Of a DNA stretch of 64,000 bases, positions 37,040-46,935 are shown in pieces. Position 1 is the first letter of the stretch. Each line of letters starts with the position of its first letter. The position numbers were made by a program, and so were the translations under genes. The notes below the pieces were generated by a model. The model was not told the DNA's origin. It saw only the letters and a list, made by a program, of their open reading frames with translations, and did no database searches. The stretch comes from an uncultured Chthoniobacter sp. GTDB lineage: Bacteria; Verrucomicrobiota; Verrucomicrobiia; Chthoniobacterales; JACTMZ01. The stretch is taken from contig CAZSUJ010000004.1 of the NCBI GenBank assembly GCA_964609925.1, positions 9,534 through 73,533 of the forward strand, written 5' to 3'.

Positions 37040-38170
37040 TCATTTGGGTTCGGGAAGGACGCGCTGCCCGCTGGCCGGGTCGAAGAGGTGAACGCGGTTG
37101 GACTGGATGCAGAAGCGCTGTTTGGAGCCGTCCCCGCGGTGATCGGCCTCGGCGTGGCTGCGGCTGATGAGTGTGTGCTGTCCGGTGTTGAGGTAAAAGT
37201 AGGTTTCGGCCCCCATTGGCTCTATGAGCTCCACGAGCGCCTCAAACGATCCGGCGCGGGGCTCGGTGCCTCCGCGCGCCGGTTCGCAGTGCTCGGGGCG
37301 GACGCCGAGCGTGACTTCCTTTCCGGCGAGGGCGGCGTAGCCGGGCGGGTTGCCAAGTTCCACCCGGACCGGGCCGCCGCGGGCTTCGCGGAACACGAGT
37401 CCGGCGGCTGCGGCCTCGACCTGCCCTTCAATGAAATTCATCGGCGGGCTGCCGAGAAATCCAGCCACGAACAGATTTACCGGCTCGTGGTAAATGCGCA
37501 GAGGTTCGTTCGCCTGCTGGATGACACCGTCTTTCATCACCACGATGCGGGTGCCCATGGTCATGGCCTCCACCTGATCGTGGGTCACGTAGATCATCGT
37601 CGCCTGCAGTTTCTGGTGCAGCTTGGTGATTTCCGTCCGCATCTGGACGCGCATTTTGGCGTCAAGGTTCGAGAGCGGTTCGTCAAAAAGGAAGACCTTG
37701 GGCTGCCGGACGATGGCACGCCCGACCGCGACCCGCTGCCGCTGACCGCCGCTGAGCGCCTTGGGCTTGCGGTCGAGCAGCGCCTCGATACCGAGAACTG
37801 CGGCCGCATCCATCACCCGCTGCCGGATCTCCGCGCGGGGGAAACGTCGCAACTTCAGTCCGAATGCCATGTTGTCGAAGACCGACATGTGCGGATAGAG
37901 CGCGTAATTCTGGAACACCATGGCGATGTCACGGTCCTTGGGCGGCACGTCGTTGACCACCCGGCCGTCGATGGAAACTTCGCCCCGCGAAATTTCCTCC
38001 AGGCCGGCGATCATGCGCAGGGTCGTCGACTTGCCGCAGCCGGACGGCCCGACGAAGACAACGAACTCGCGGTCGGTGATATCGAGGTTGAAATCGCGGA
38101 CGGCGGTGACGCCCTCACCTTTCTCGCCCTCATAGATCTTGCAGACGTTACGCAGGCTGACTTGGGACAT
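37040..38170 (-). CDS. Carbohydrate ABC transporter ATP-binding protein (MalK/UgpC/MsmX type)
   Basis: Walker [10 protein letters not shown], signature LSGGQRQR, Walker [10 protein letters not shown], and a C-terminal TOBE-like regulatory domain. It overlaps the upstream gene by 23 nt. Confidence 0.9.
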   Translation of the reverse strand: MSQVSLRNVCKIYEGEKGEGVTAVRDFNLDITDREFVVFVGPSGCGKSTTLRMIAGLEEISRGEVSIDGRVVNDVPPKDRDIAMVFQNYALYPHMSVFDNMAFGLKLRRFPRAEIRQRVMDAAAVLGIEALLDRKPKALSGGQRQRVAVGRAIVRQPKVFLFDEPLSNLDAKMRVQMRTEITKLHQKLQATMIYVTHDQVEAMTMGTRIVVMKDGVIQQANEPLRIYHEPVNLFVAGFLGSPPMNFIEGQVEAAAAGLVFREARGGPVRVELGNPPGYAALAGKEVTLGVRPEHCEPARGGTEPRAGSFEALVELIEPMGAETYFYLNTGQHTLISRSHAEADHRGDGSKQRFCIQSNRVHLFDPASGQRVLPEPK

Positions 38171-39836
38171 GGGCGGGGCTTTCGATGGTGTTGTTCTCGA
38201 CGACAGCGGCCGGGCAGCCTTCTACGTCGAAGGGCGGCGCGCCGGCGTGCTGCGCCGGGTAGTTGGCGGAAGGAAGGATGCGGTTGCCGCGGATGACGAG
38301 ACCGCTGACACCGCGGGCGCGGATGATGCGTGGATCGAAGGCGCGGAAGAGGTTGTCCTCGATGCGCACGTTGCGGTGGTAGTCGCTACCGGGCTGGTGC
38401 TCCTCCTTGACGCCCGGGCTGATCTGGATCTGCGCCTTGGCCCAGATGCCATATTTGCAGTCCTCGAATGTGTTGCGCCGGATGAGGATGTCGCGCACGG
38501 CACCGCTTTCGAACCAGTGGTTCGCGTCGCCTTCGATGAGGATGGCGGCTCCGGCGGTGTGGAATGTGTTCTCCTCGACAACGACACGTCCGGGCACGGA
38601 GAGAAGGAATCCGCGGGCGCGGTTGCCGCGGCAGCGGCAGTGGCGGATCGTGACATCGGCCGACCAGGTCAGGTTGCCCATGGCGTCCCCCACCCGCGGC
38701 GGAACAGGAGGAGCCTCCTCGAGGCCAATGCGCAGAAACTCGCTGTTGAGGCGTTGCACGGAAGCAGCGCGTGCCGTGTGCTTCGTGGCCAAAGTGTCGC
38801 GATCGACCAGTTCAAGCAGTTCTCCGGATTCGGCGAAACCGACACCCCGCTGCTGGCGGTGGGACAGGCGGACCTCGAACTCAGCGGGACCGAGGACCCG
38901 CGTGATCTGGGTGTAGAGGCCGTGGACATTCGTGGCGTCGTCCAGTTGGTTCTCGAACACGCAATCTTCCAAGACAACGGACCCCCGGCAGTTCACGAAA
39001 TGGGTCGCGTCGGCCGTGGTCGAAACCATGCGCGAGCCGTCTTCCGGTGGCGCAACCCGCAACCTTTCGACGCGGATGCCTTCGCACCGCTGGGCGATCA
39101 GACCCATCGCGCCCGCGTGGTGGATCGTGACGTCTTGGATCTCCAGCCGGCGGCTGTTCTGCGCGGCGACGGCGGGGAAATCGCGGCGCTCGCTGACCAA
39201 AGCGAGCACGTTGCCGGGTTGCGGACGCGGCTCGCGGAAGTCCGCGTGCAAACGGACCCGCCGCGGACCGGTCTCCTCGGCACGGCAGCGGCGGCCGATG
39301 TTGAAATTGTCAAAGACTTGGAAAGCCGTCTCGCGGCGGACCGAGTCGAATTCGAGGATATTGCGGATCACGAAGGTCTCCGGCGACGGGCCGAAAAGGA
39401 GGCGTCCGTCGCGCACCTCGAACGGGAACCCCTCCGGAACCTCGATCTCCACGCCGCTTTCGTCGCTCTCGCGCACGATCCCCTCACCGTGGAAGGGAAC
39501 GGCCCAGTCCACTCGAAAACCCGAGAGCCGCACCCCGTCGCAACGGTCGAGGTGGAACGGAATCAGGCCGCCGTGGAAAACGAACTCCGCACCGTCCGCC
39601 TCCACGGCGAAGTCGCGGCGATCCTCGAGGAGGAAGACTATGCGCTTGAGCCCCTCATCGTTGTTCGAGATGAAGAGATACTTCTCTTCCGCGCGGTCGG
39701 GGTGAAAGTCGTAGCGCCCGGGCGCGAAGCGGAGCCCGGCACAATCCTTGCTTTCGAGTGCCTCGCGCACGAGAGGCGTGAAGTCGGAGGCGCCGGGATG
39801 GAATTCGTGGAGTTTATTCATAATGTGAATTTTCAA
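38148..39836 (-). CDS. Cytoplasmic right-handed beta-helix glycosidase-like protein (GH110-like, tentative)
   Basis: No signal peptide. [74 protein letters not shown], and later PbH1-type turns ([27 protein letters not shown]). The GH110 label rests on my recollection of that family's N-terminal beta-barrel plus beta-helix layout. Confidence 0.55.
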   Translation of the reverse strand: MKIHIMNKLHEFHPGASDFTPLVREALESKDCAGLRFAPGRYDFHPDRAEEKYLFISNNDEGLKRIVFLLEDRRDFAVEADGAEFVFHGGLIPFHLDRCDGVRLSGFRVDWAVPFHGEGIVRESDESGVEIEVPEGFPFEVRDGRLLFGPSPETFVIRNILEFDSVRRETAFQVFDNFNIGRRCRAEETGPRRVRLHADFREPRPQPGNVLALVSERRDFPAVAAQNSRRLEIQDVTIHHAGAMGLIAQRCEGIRVERLRVAPPEDGSRMVSTTADATHFVNCRGSVVLEDCVFENQLDDATNVHGLYTQITRVLGPAEFEVRLSHRQQRGVGFAESGELLELVDRDTLATKHTARAASVQRLNSEFLRIGLEEAPPVPPRVGDAMGNLTWSADVTIRHCRCRGNRARGFLLSVPGRVVVEENTFHTAGAAILIEGDANHWFESGAVRDILIRRNTFEDCKYGIWAKAQIQISPGVKEEHQPGSDYHRNVRIEDNLFRAFDPRIIRARGVSGLVIRGNRILPSANYPAQHAGAPPFDVEGCPAAVVENNTIESPAHVPSQPA

Positions 39837-39861
39837 TTGTGCGTGTCATCCGTGACGCTTT

Positions 39862-41220
39862 TCATGATCCAAAGCCCTGCTTGGAGCGCAGCGCTTCGGC
39901 TCTGACCCGCAGCTGCGGTTCCCGCTCGATGTTGCGCTGGATCGCGCGGTTGACCTCGGCGGCGAGTTGCCGCGCAGCCTCCTCGGGCGTGACCACCCGG
40001 TTTTCCACGCGTCCGAGCATCTCGATGATCCAGCGCTGGACTTGCGCCGCATCGACAAAAGGGCTCGTGTCGGGCGGTTGCGCATCGCGGATCGCATCGA
40101 GAAAAACCTGATGGAACGTCTCATCCGGCACCGCCTTGTTGACGAGGGCCGCGCCGTCGGGCGCCATCTCCGGATTGGGGGGCAGGGAATCGCCATCCTC
40201 GATGATCTTGCGGCCGTATTCGGGGGTGGCAAGGTAGGAGAGGAAGGCCACCGCCAGTTCGGGGTGCCGGCTGCGGGCATTGACCGCAACTCCGCGCGTC
40301 CGCGTGTAGCCCCGCGAAGGCTGACCGGGCAGCCGCGGCAGCCGAACGGCGGCCAGATTCCCCTGCAGTTCTGGGAAATTTGCCGCCTGCACGGTGAACC
40401 AACGACCGATCATGATCATGGCCGCTTCACCCGAAGAGAACCAGTTGATGCCTCCCGATCCCCAGCCTCCCTGGCTCGACATGGCCACCGACTGCTCCGG
40501 CGTGGGCAACACGCGGTGCTTGAACATGAGGTCGTGGTAATGCTGGAACGCGGCCACAGCCTCGGGCGAGTCGAGCAGGCAGGTCATTCCGTCCTCGCTG
40601 AAATACCGCGCTCCGTGCGTGACCAGCAGGTCGGCAAAAAGATCCGGCGGAGACCAATTGGCGACCGGAATATGCGTTTTTCCACTCTTCGAAGGTGTCT
40701 CCGCAATGGCGCGCCCCGCAGCAACAAAATCGTCCCACGTCCAGTCGGCCTGCGGATAAGGCACCCCGTGGTCATCGAAGATCGCCTTGTTGTAGAGCAC
40801 CGCCTGCACGTTGACGTTGGCCGGGAAGCGATATTGCCGGCCGTCCACGAAAAGGGCGTGACGGATGGCGGGAAAAGTCTTCGACGCATCGAACCCCTGC
40901 TTCGCGGCCACGTCGGTGAGATCCAGAAGCAACCCGGCCTGCGCCATGCTCTGCATGAGGGTCTCCGGAATGTCCATGAGGTCCGGGCCGACGCCGGTGG
41001 CGCATTGCACGAGCAGTTTGGTGGCGTCACCCGTTTCTGTGGCCAAACGCACTCCTGGATGGGCCGCCGTGAAACCGGCCGTCTGACGGTCGCGCGCGGG
41101 ATTCGGGTCGGTGGCCCAACGGAGCACCACCTCGTTTCCGTCGCTGGAGCGTAAGGTGCCCATGGCGATGGCATAGAGGCCGAGGAAGACGGCGAACGCA
41201 GCGAGGAAGACGTATTTCAC
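39862..41220 (-). CDS. ABC transporter extracellular solute-binding protein (family 1, sugar)
   Basis: The GTG at 41220 overlaps the upstream stop (GTGA). It gives (M)KYVFLAAFAVFLGLYAIA as anchor/signal, followed by a typical SBP_bac_1-like body (LRWATDPNP..., GPDLMDI..., YNKAIFDDHGVPYP..., GRWF). The rest of ORF 39862..41745 is discarded. Confidence 0.8.
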   Translation of the reverse strand: MKYVFLAAFAVFLGLYAIAMGTLRSSDGNEVVLRWATDPNPARDRQTAGFTAAHPGVRLATETGDATKLLVQCATGVGPDLMDIPETLMQSMAQAGLLLDLTDVAAKQGFDASKTFPAIRHALFVDGRQYRFPANVNVQAVLYNKAIFDDHGVPYPQADWTWDDFVAAGRAIAETPSKSGKTHIPVANWSPPDLFADLLVTHGARYFSEDGMTCLLDSPEAVAAFQHYHDLMFKHRVLPTPEQSVAMSSQGGWGSGGINWFSSGEAAMIMIGRWFTVQAANFPELQGNLAAVRLPRLPGQPSRGYTRTRGVAVNARSRHPELAVAFLSYLATPEYGRKIIEDGDSLPPNPEMAPDGAALVNKAVPDETFHQVFLDAIRDAQPPDTSPFVDAAQVQRWIIEMLGRVENRVVTPEEAARQLAAEVNRAIQRNIEREPQLRVRAEALRSKQGFGS

Positions 41221-42074
41221 CCCTTGACCCCCCCGAGTTGCAGGCCTTTCACGAGGAACTTCTGGAACATCACGAAAATGATGATCAGCGGCACGATGTT
41301 CATCACCGTGGCCGCCATGATCAGCTCGGTCTGGCGCCCGTAGGAGCTGTCGAGTCGCAGCATGCCCACAGGCATGGTGAAAAGCTGCTCGTCCTGCAGC
41401 ATGACCAACGGCCAGAAAAACGACTGGTAAGCCCCGAGGAAGGTGAGGATGCAGAGTGCAATCAAGCCTGGCCGCGACAGCGGCACGATCACGTCCCAGA
41501 AGATCCGCCAGTGCCCGGCCCCGTCGATCGTGGCCGCCTCGTCGAGCGAGGGCGGGATCGAAAGCATGAACTGCCGCAGCAGGAACGTTCCGAAGGCGCT
41601 GAAGGCTGCGGGAATGATCAAGCCGTGGTAGGTGTTGACAAAACCGAACGTCACCATGAGCTGGAAATTCGGGATCATGGTGACCACGCCGGGGATCATC
41701 ATGGTGCCGAGGTAGAGGAGGAACACCTTGTCGCGACCGGGCCACTGGATGCGCGAGAACGCGTAGGCGGCCATGGCGCTGGTAAGCACCTGGAAGAGCG
41801 TGATGCCCATGGCCACGAAGATGCTGTTGAAATACCAGCGGCCGAATTTGACACCGAGAAAGACGCCGGTCACCGGGTCGGGCTTGAGATCGAGGACGAC
41901 GGGGTAGTTCAGCGCTGTCGGTTCGCGCGGCACGATGTGCGCCTGCTCGACTTCGGCGCGGGTCTTGAACGACGCACAGACCATCCAGACGAAGGGCGCC
42001 GAGAGCGCGAAGCCGATGGCGCAGAGCAGAAAGAAGCGGGGGATGGAGCGTGCGGGGAGCATGGTCTCAGACAT
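41217..42074 (-). CDS. Carbohydrate ABC transporter permease (MalG/UgpE-like)
   Basis: Six hydrophobic segments and an EAA-type loop LDEAATIDGAGHWRIFWDVIVPLSRPG. There is an 8-nt overlap with the upstream permease. Confidence 0.85.
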   Translation of the reverse strand: MSETMLPARSIPRFFLLCAIGFALSAPFVWMVCASFKTRAEVEQAHIVPREPTALNYPVVLDLKPDPVTGVFLGVKFGRWYFNSIFVAMGITLFQVLTSAMAAYAFSRIQWPGRDKVFLLYLGTMMIPGVVTMIPNFQLMVTFGFVNTYHGLIIPAAFSAFGTFLLRQFMLSIPPSLDEAATIDGAGHWRIFWDVIVPLSRPGLIALCILTFLGAYQSFFWPLVMLQDEQLFTMPVGMLRLDSSYGRQTELIMAATVMNIVPLIIIFVMFQKFLVKGLQLGGVKG

Positions 42075-43503
42075 CCAGGCTGCGGCCGAAGCGCCAGTTG
42101 AAGGCGGTAATGGAGAAAAGCATGGCGAACAGGACCCAGGATACGGCGGCGGCGTAGCCGAAGTTCAGGTCCTGGAAGCCGACTGTGTAAATATAGTAGC
42201 TCAGCGTGGTGGTCGCCCCCGCCGGGCCGCCGCCGGTCATGACTCGCGCCTGCTCAAACCCGCCCTGCAATCCGCCGATGATCGACACGATCGAGATGAA
42301 GAAGGTCGTGGGCGCGAGCTGCGGCCAAGTGACATTGACAAAGCGCTGCCAGCGGTTGGCCCCGTCGATCTCCGCGGCCTCGGTGAGTTCGACCGGAACA
42401 TTCGACAACGCCGCGAGGTAAAGCAGCATGTTGGTGCCGCCGATGGCGGTCCAGAACCCCATGATCATGAGCGAGGGCTTGGCCAACTCGATGCTGGCCA
42501 GCCACTGCGGCAACTCCGATGCCTCGAGCCCCGTTAGGGCAGAGAGCATGGCATTGATCGGCCCGGTCTGCGGGTTGTAGAGCGCTTTCCACAGGATCAT
42601 GAGCGCCACTCCCGAGGTGAAGGCGGGCAGGTAGAAGATCGTCCGGAACGACACCACGTTGAACGCGAGGCCGAGCCCGGCGATGACCCACAAAACAGCA
42701 GCCAGCAACGCGGCATCGCGGAACCCCGCCGCCCAGAGCAGAGCCGCCAGTCCGAGTCCGCTGACCACGCAGAGCCCCGCAGCCGGCCAGGCCCGCCCCT
42801 TTTTCACCGGCAGAGAGTCATTCAACAGGATCGCCAAAACCAAGGAACCCGCCACGGAAAAAGGCAACGCGAGCATCATGTAAACGGTGTTGTAGAGATA
42901 ATGCCAAAACCGGGGGTCGTTCGCCTCGTAGGCGCTCCACATCGCGCTGTGCAAGAAGACGAGTCCGGCCGAACCCGCCACCACCGCCACGCCCGGCAGC
43001 AGGCCCGCCCGCGGCGCCGTTTCATGCTCGCCGGGCTTGTTGTCCCAGAGCATCCAGCCCAGCACCGAAAAAACCACGGCCACAATCAACAGGCTGTGGT
43101 GCGCGCCGGCCCCGACCGCTCCGGCGCCGATCGCCAGCGAAGCGACGAAGAACGATGCGGCGCCACCGCGACCGCAGCGCACGCCGCTCAGCCCCATCCA
43201 TACCGCCCCGATCACCCCGGCCAGCACAAGCAGCACGCTGCCGCAATAGGCGGCGATGACCAGCGGCGCGCCCGCGCCGATCGCCGAAAAGCCGAGCGCA
43301 TCCTCGAAGTTCCGCAGCCCGACAAACTCACGGGGCACGGACGGCTTCAAAGTCCAGTTGGTGAAGGCCATTCCCAGCGAGAGGACCACGGGGAACAAGG
43401 TGAACAGGAAGAAGCCCCCGAAATTCGGCAGCAGAAAACCGAAGACCGCAGCCGGCGGGCCCTTGGGGCGCCGCGGGCGAACTGGTCTGCCGCTGGTGCT
43501 CAT
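42067..43503 (-). CDS. Carbohydrate ABC transporter permease (MalF/UgpA-like) with two extra hydrophobic insertions
   Basis: The ATG at 43503 overlaps the upstream stop (ATGA). EAA loop LTEAAEIDGANRWQRFVNVTWPQLAP. The canonical FVGLRNFEDALGF and NDPRFWHYLYNT blocks are separated by ~120 hydrophobic residues. Confidence 0.8.
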   Translation of the reverse strand: MSTSGRPVRPRRPKGPPAAVFGFLLPNFGGFFLFTLFPVVLSLGMAFTNWTLKPSVPREFVGLRNFEDALGFSAIGAGAPLVIAAYCGSVLLVLAGVIGAVWMGLSGVRCGRGGAASFFVASLAIGAGAVGAGAHHSLLIVAVVFSVLGWMLWDNKPGEHETAPRAGLLPGVAVVAGSAGLVFLHSAMWSAYEANDPRFWHYLYNTVYMMLALPFSVAGSLVLAILLNDSLPVKKGRAWPAAGLCVVSGLGLAALLWAAGFRDAALLAAVLWVIAGLGLAFNVVSFRTIFYLPAFTSGVALMILWKALYNPQTGPINAMLSALTGLEASELPQWLASIELAKPSLMIMGFWTAIGGTNMLLYLAALSNVPVELTEAAEIDGANRWQRFVNVTWPQLAPTTFFISIVSIIGGLQGGFEQARVMTGGGPAGATTTLSYYIYTVGFQDLNFGYAAAVSWVLFAMLFSITAFNWRFGRSLDV

Positions 43504-46500
43504 GGCGCAACCTCCGGCTCGATTTTGATCTTCATCACCGCTTGCACCCCGTTGGCTCCCCAAGATCCGATCTCCCAAGGGTAGAGCGACTTGGCCGGGT
43601 CGGGGGACACCACGTTGTTGTCCTCGATGAGTCCGCGGATCGAAGTCAGGAGCAGGCCCGGGGACGCCCCGCCGTCGATACGGTTATTGCGCAAGGTGAT
43701 GTTGCTGAAAGCTCCGGCCGGCGAGATCGTCCCGTCCCCGCCGGCGGCGAGAACAGCGACGCCCATGCCGCCACCCTCGGTGATCAAGTTGTCAGCAATC
43801 ACAAGGTTGTCGGCCAGACCCGCTTCGAGCCACCAGTATTCCGGCGCGATGTAGACGGCGGTCATGCGCGCGCCCTCGATGTGGTTGCCCGTGATCTCGC
43901 CTTGGCCGGCCTTGACGAGAATGCCGCGCGAGCGGTTTTGTCCGACGTGGCAGTTGCGGATGATGAAGCCGCTGCCGATGGCGCCTGCATCGCAGATGAG
44001 GGTTCCGGGGACGATATCCCCCACGGCAGCGTCCAAGGTGACCAGAAAACCGTCCTCCATCGCCGTTCGGCCGAGGTCGCCATTGAACTTCTGCTCAAGG
44101 AGCATGGCGCGTTCCTCGGGAGTGGCCGGTCCGTCGTCGACGACGGAAACGACCCGGCGATTATCCGGCCTCAGCCCGCTCCTGGTGAAAAGTTGGACGT
44201 CGTCGCCGGGTTGCAGGGTCATGCCGGATTTCGCCAGCACGCGCAGGGCGGCCCCCTCCACGCGGGTGATGTAGTGAAAGTCGCCGTTGATCGCGATGGC
44301 GTCGTCGCCCATGTGGAAGGCCGAGCAACCGTCATAGACCGGCCCCCTCCGCGCGTTCTTCGAGTGGAACGCATCCGCGTTGAGCGAACGAAGCCGCCGG
44401 TGCTCCCGCGAGCGCAAATCGTCGGTCGGCTCCCGCCGCTCGACCCGGCATTTGATGTAGCGGGATCCCTCGCAGCCGTTCTCGAGAAAACCGAAGCTGT
44501 TGCTCGCGTGCAGAGTGACCCTCTCCATGACCAGCCCCTTGCTTCCGGTTGCGTAGATGGTGTGGGGCATGCTGCCGCCCGGCGCGTAACTCGTCTTGAT
44601 CACGGCAATGTCGCCGATCTGCTCGTTTGCGTAAGCCAGGTTGGACGATGACTTGGTCAATACGGCCCGCATGGGTCCACTTGGCTCGCACAGCGTGCTG
44701 TAATACGTCATGCGTCCGCGCAGGCTGCCGGTGGCGGGATCGAAAACTTCCACGGACCCGGTTGACGTTCCCGGCTCCGGGTAGCCCTCGAGAATTTCCA
44801 CCTCGAGGCGTGATGCGTCAGCCGAGATGGAGGTGATGCGCCCCTGCGTGAATGGCAAGGGGTCGTAGTCGATGGTCAGGCCGCGGATCGTGACATTCTC
44901 GCAGCCCTCGATGGTGATCGCCCGGGTAGTTTCCGTGCAGACCATCTCCACCTGATCGGCGATGATCTCGGTGTCCTTCACACCCCGCAGGAGGAGGTGC
45001 TGCCGGCTCGAGGGCCGGACCCGATAGCGGCCCGGCGGTATTACAATCCGTTTTTCGCCGGCCGCCACCCGCGTAGCGATGAACGTGGGCAACCACGCCG
45101 TGTCCTCCACCGGGGTCGGACCCGGCGTGGCAATGACCGTGCCGACCCGGTAGAATGCGGTGTCGGTCGCGGGGACAACGAATTCCTTGCGGTGGTAATC
45201 CGCCGGCATGGGGATGCCTTCCTGGTTGCGTGAATTGGAAATCGTCACGCCGGCGGTGACCCACGGGCCGGTGTTCAAGTTGGTCGTCGTTTGCACCAGA
45301 TAACTCACGCCGCCGGGCGGGTTGTTGCGCGCGATGAAGCTGAAGACCAGATTCTCACCGTTGCCCGTCGCGATTAGCACGGCTCCGTCCGCCGACGTTG
45401 GGTTGCCGCCGAAGGCGAACTCGGCTTCGTTGTTGAGAAGGTCTCCATCGGCGTTGTCCACGGCCGCGGTGCTTCTGAACCCCGCAGCCTCGCTCTGCCA
45501 AAGCCCGACCCAATAAGCGTAGTTGTTCGTCACGGGAGCCTGCACAACCCTCAAAACGCTGTTGGACTGGGCGAACACGTAGCTGATGCCGTTGGCTGCG
45601 TTCGTCCATTTGCCGTCGCCGCCATTGAAGCCGCGGACGAGAAAATTCGCGCCGTAGGTGTTGGTCAGATTTCCGGTCAGGATGGTCCAACTGTCGCCCA
45701 CGCGGGTCGAGGCACCGGTGAGGTCGAAATCGAACTCCCCATCGATGCTGGTTGCGCCTGTGCCGCCCAAGGTGTTGTTCGTGCCGTTGCCGCCGATGAG
45801 GAAGCGCAGCGAGCCTCCGGAAACGAGGTTGATGGCACCTTCCTCCACCAGGGTGTTGCCGGTGTGGCTGCTGTTTCCTCGCAACTCCAGTGTGCCGGAG
45901 CCGGTTTTGTTGAGATGACCGGCACCGGTGACGGCCCCGCCGAGAATCAAGGTGCCCGTGCCCCGGGGATCGACGCGCACCGAGGCAGTGCCCGGGCTCA
46001 AGGTGATGCTACCGTCGAGGATGTTGGGGCTGGTGGCAAGTGTGCCGGCCAGTTCAGCGCCGTCCGCGAGGGTGATGTCCTCGCGGTTGCTGATGGCCGA
46101 GCCGCTGCTGTTGAAGAACTGCAGACTGGCGTTGGAGGCAACAAGTGTGCCGAAGTTTGTGTCGCCGAGGGCGGTTCCGCTGTTGACCACGACCACAGCC
46201 CCCCGGTTGAGGAGGAGGCTGCCCATCGAGGTCACACCAGTATTGATGATGAACGAATTGGTTCCGACTTTGGTCAGGGTGTTGGTGCCGGCATCGATCA
46301 CCGTGCCGCCAAACGAGGTGTCGATCCGCGCCGTGCCGCCGAGCGACGCATTCGTGGCGAGGACGAGGCGAAGGCCCGTGGCGGAATTGGTGCCACGGTT
46401 GACCAGCGCGGCACTGCCGCCTACACCCCTGCCGCTGATTGTGACGGTCTCCCCGCCGATGTTGAAGCCGTTCAGATCCAAGGTTGCTCCGGCCTCAACC

Positions 46501-46847
46501 GTGGTGCCATCGGCGATCGCACCCAGGGCGTTGGTCTGGCCCACACGGAGCACGCCCTGCGAGACGGTTGTGACGCCGTTGTAGGTGTTCGGTGCGGCCA
46601 GGACCAAAGTTCCCGCTCCGGTCTTGGTCAGGCCGCCCGTTCCTGTGCTGTTGGAAACCACTCCGGTCATGGTTGCTGTCTGGGTTGGAACGCTGACCGT
46701 GAGGATCGAGCCGTTGAGGTCGATCGCATTGGTGTAAACCAAGTTCGTGCTGTTCGTCGGCGGGCTGAGCACGAGATTCGTCGACGCCTGCACGATGCAA
46801 GCGGAGCCGAGCAGGGCAGCCAAAAGAAGGAGGGTGCGGGGAAGCAT
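43500..46847 (-). CDS. Secreted chimeric protein: PATR region + TSP3-like module + right-handed beta-helix enzyme domain
   Basis: The ATG at 46847 gives the signal MLPRTLLLLAALLGSACIVQA. The N-terminal ~590 aa is collinear with the C-terminal part of 33949..36954. The C-terminal ~520 aa is collinear with 46936..48741 (IVIPPGRYRVRPS..., LTIDYDPLPFTQGRITSIS..., SLNADAFHSKNARRGP..., MGDDAIAINGDFH...). Confidence 0.75.
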   Translation of the reverse strand: MLPRTLLLLAALLGSACIVQASTNLVLSPPTNSTNLVYTNAIDLNGSILTVSVPTQTATMTGVVSNSTGTGGLTKTGAGTLVLAAPNTYNGVTTVSQGVLRVGQTNALGAIADGTTVEAGATLDLNGFNIGGETVTISGRGVGGSAALVNRGTNSATGLRLVLATNASLGGTARIDTSFGGTVIDAGTNTLTKVGTNSFIINTGVTSMGSLLLNRGAVVVVNSGTALGDTNFGTLVASNASLQFFNSSGSAISNREDITLADGAELAGTLATSPNILDGSITLSPGTASVRVDPRGTGTLILGGAVTGAGHLNKTGSGTLELRGNSSHTGNTLVEEGAINLVSGGSLRFLIGGNGTNNTLGGTGATSIDGEFDFDLTGASTRVGDSWTILTGNLTNTYGANFLVRGFNGGDGKWTNAANGISYVFAQSNSVLRVVQAPVTNNYAYWVGLWQSEAAGFRSTAAVDNADGDLLNNEAEFAFGGNPTSADGAVLIATGNGENLVFSFIARNNPPGGVSYLVQTTTNLNTGPWVTAGVTISNSRNQEGIPMPADYHRKEFVVPATDTAFYRVGTVIATPGPTPVEDTAWLPTFIATRVAAGEKRIVIPPGRYRVRPSSRQHLLLRGVKDTEIIADQVEMVCTETTRAITIEGCENVTIRGLTIDYDPLPFTQGRITSISADASRLEVEILEGYPEPGTSTGSVEVFDPATGSLRGRMTYYSTLCEPSGPMRAVLTKSSSNLAYANEQIGDIAVIKTSYAPGGSMPHTIYATGSKGLVMERVTLHASNSFGFLENGCEGSRYIKCRVERREPTDDLRSREHRRLRSLNADAFHSKNARRGPVYDGCSAFHMGDDAIAINGDFHYITRVEGAALRVLAKSGMTLQPGDDVQLFTRSGLRPDNRRVVSVVDDGPATPEERAMLLEQKFNGDLGRTAMEDGFLVTLDAAVGDIVPGTLICDAGAIGSGFIIRNCHVGQNRSRGILVKAGQGEITGNHIEGARMTAVYIAPEYWWLEAGLADNLVIADNLITEGGGMGVAVLAAGGDGTISPAGAFSNITLRNNRIDGGASPGLLLTSIRGLIEDNNVVSPDPAKSLYPWEIGSWGANGVQAVMKIKIEPEVAP
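45126..45530 (-). other. Copy E of the recurrent TSP3-like + beta-rich module (internal, at the fusion junction)
   Basis: TNNYAYWVGLWQS...DNADGDLLNNEAEFAFGGNP...LNTGPWVTA...TAFYRVGTVIAT, followed by the linker PGPTPVEDT. Confidence 0.6.
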
Positions 46848-46935
46848 CTGCAGCAATCGAAGCGGACGATTTGCATGATGGCGCGCACAGGCGGAATTCT
46901 TCGTTGGCCTCCATGCGGGATTCACCGGGCGTCCC

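Noticed and set aside
39862-41745. 627-codon ORF extending the solute-binding protein upstream
   Set aside because: The extension overlaps the permease gene 41217..42074 in another frame and is low-complexity Arg/His/Pro sequence. The GTG at 41220, coupled to the permease stop, gives a normal signal or anchor.
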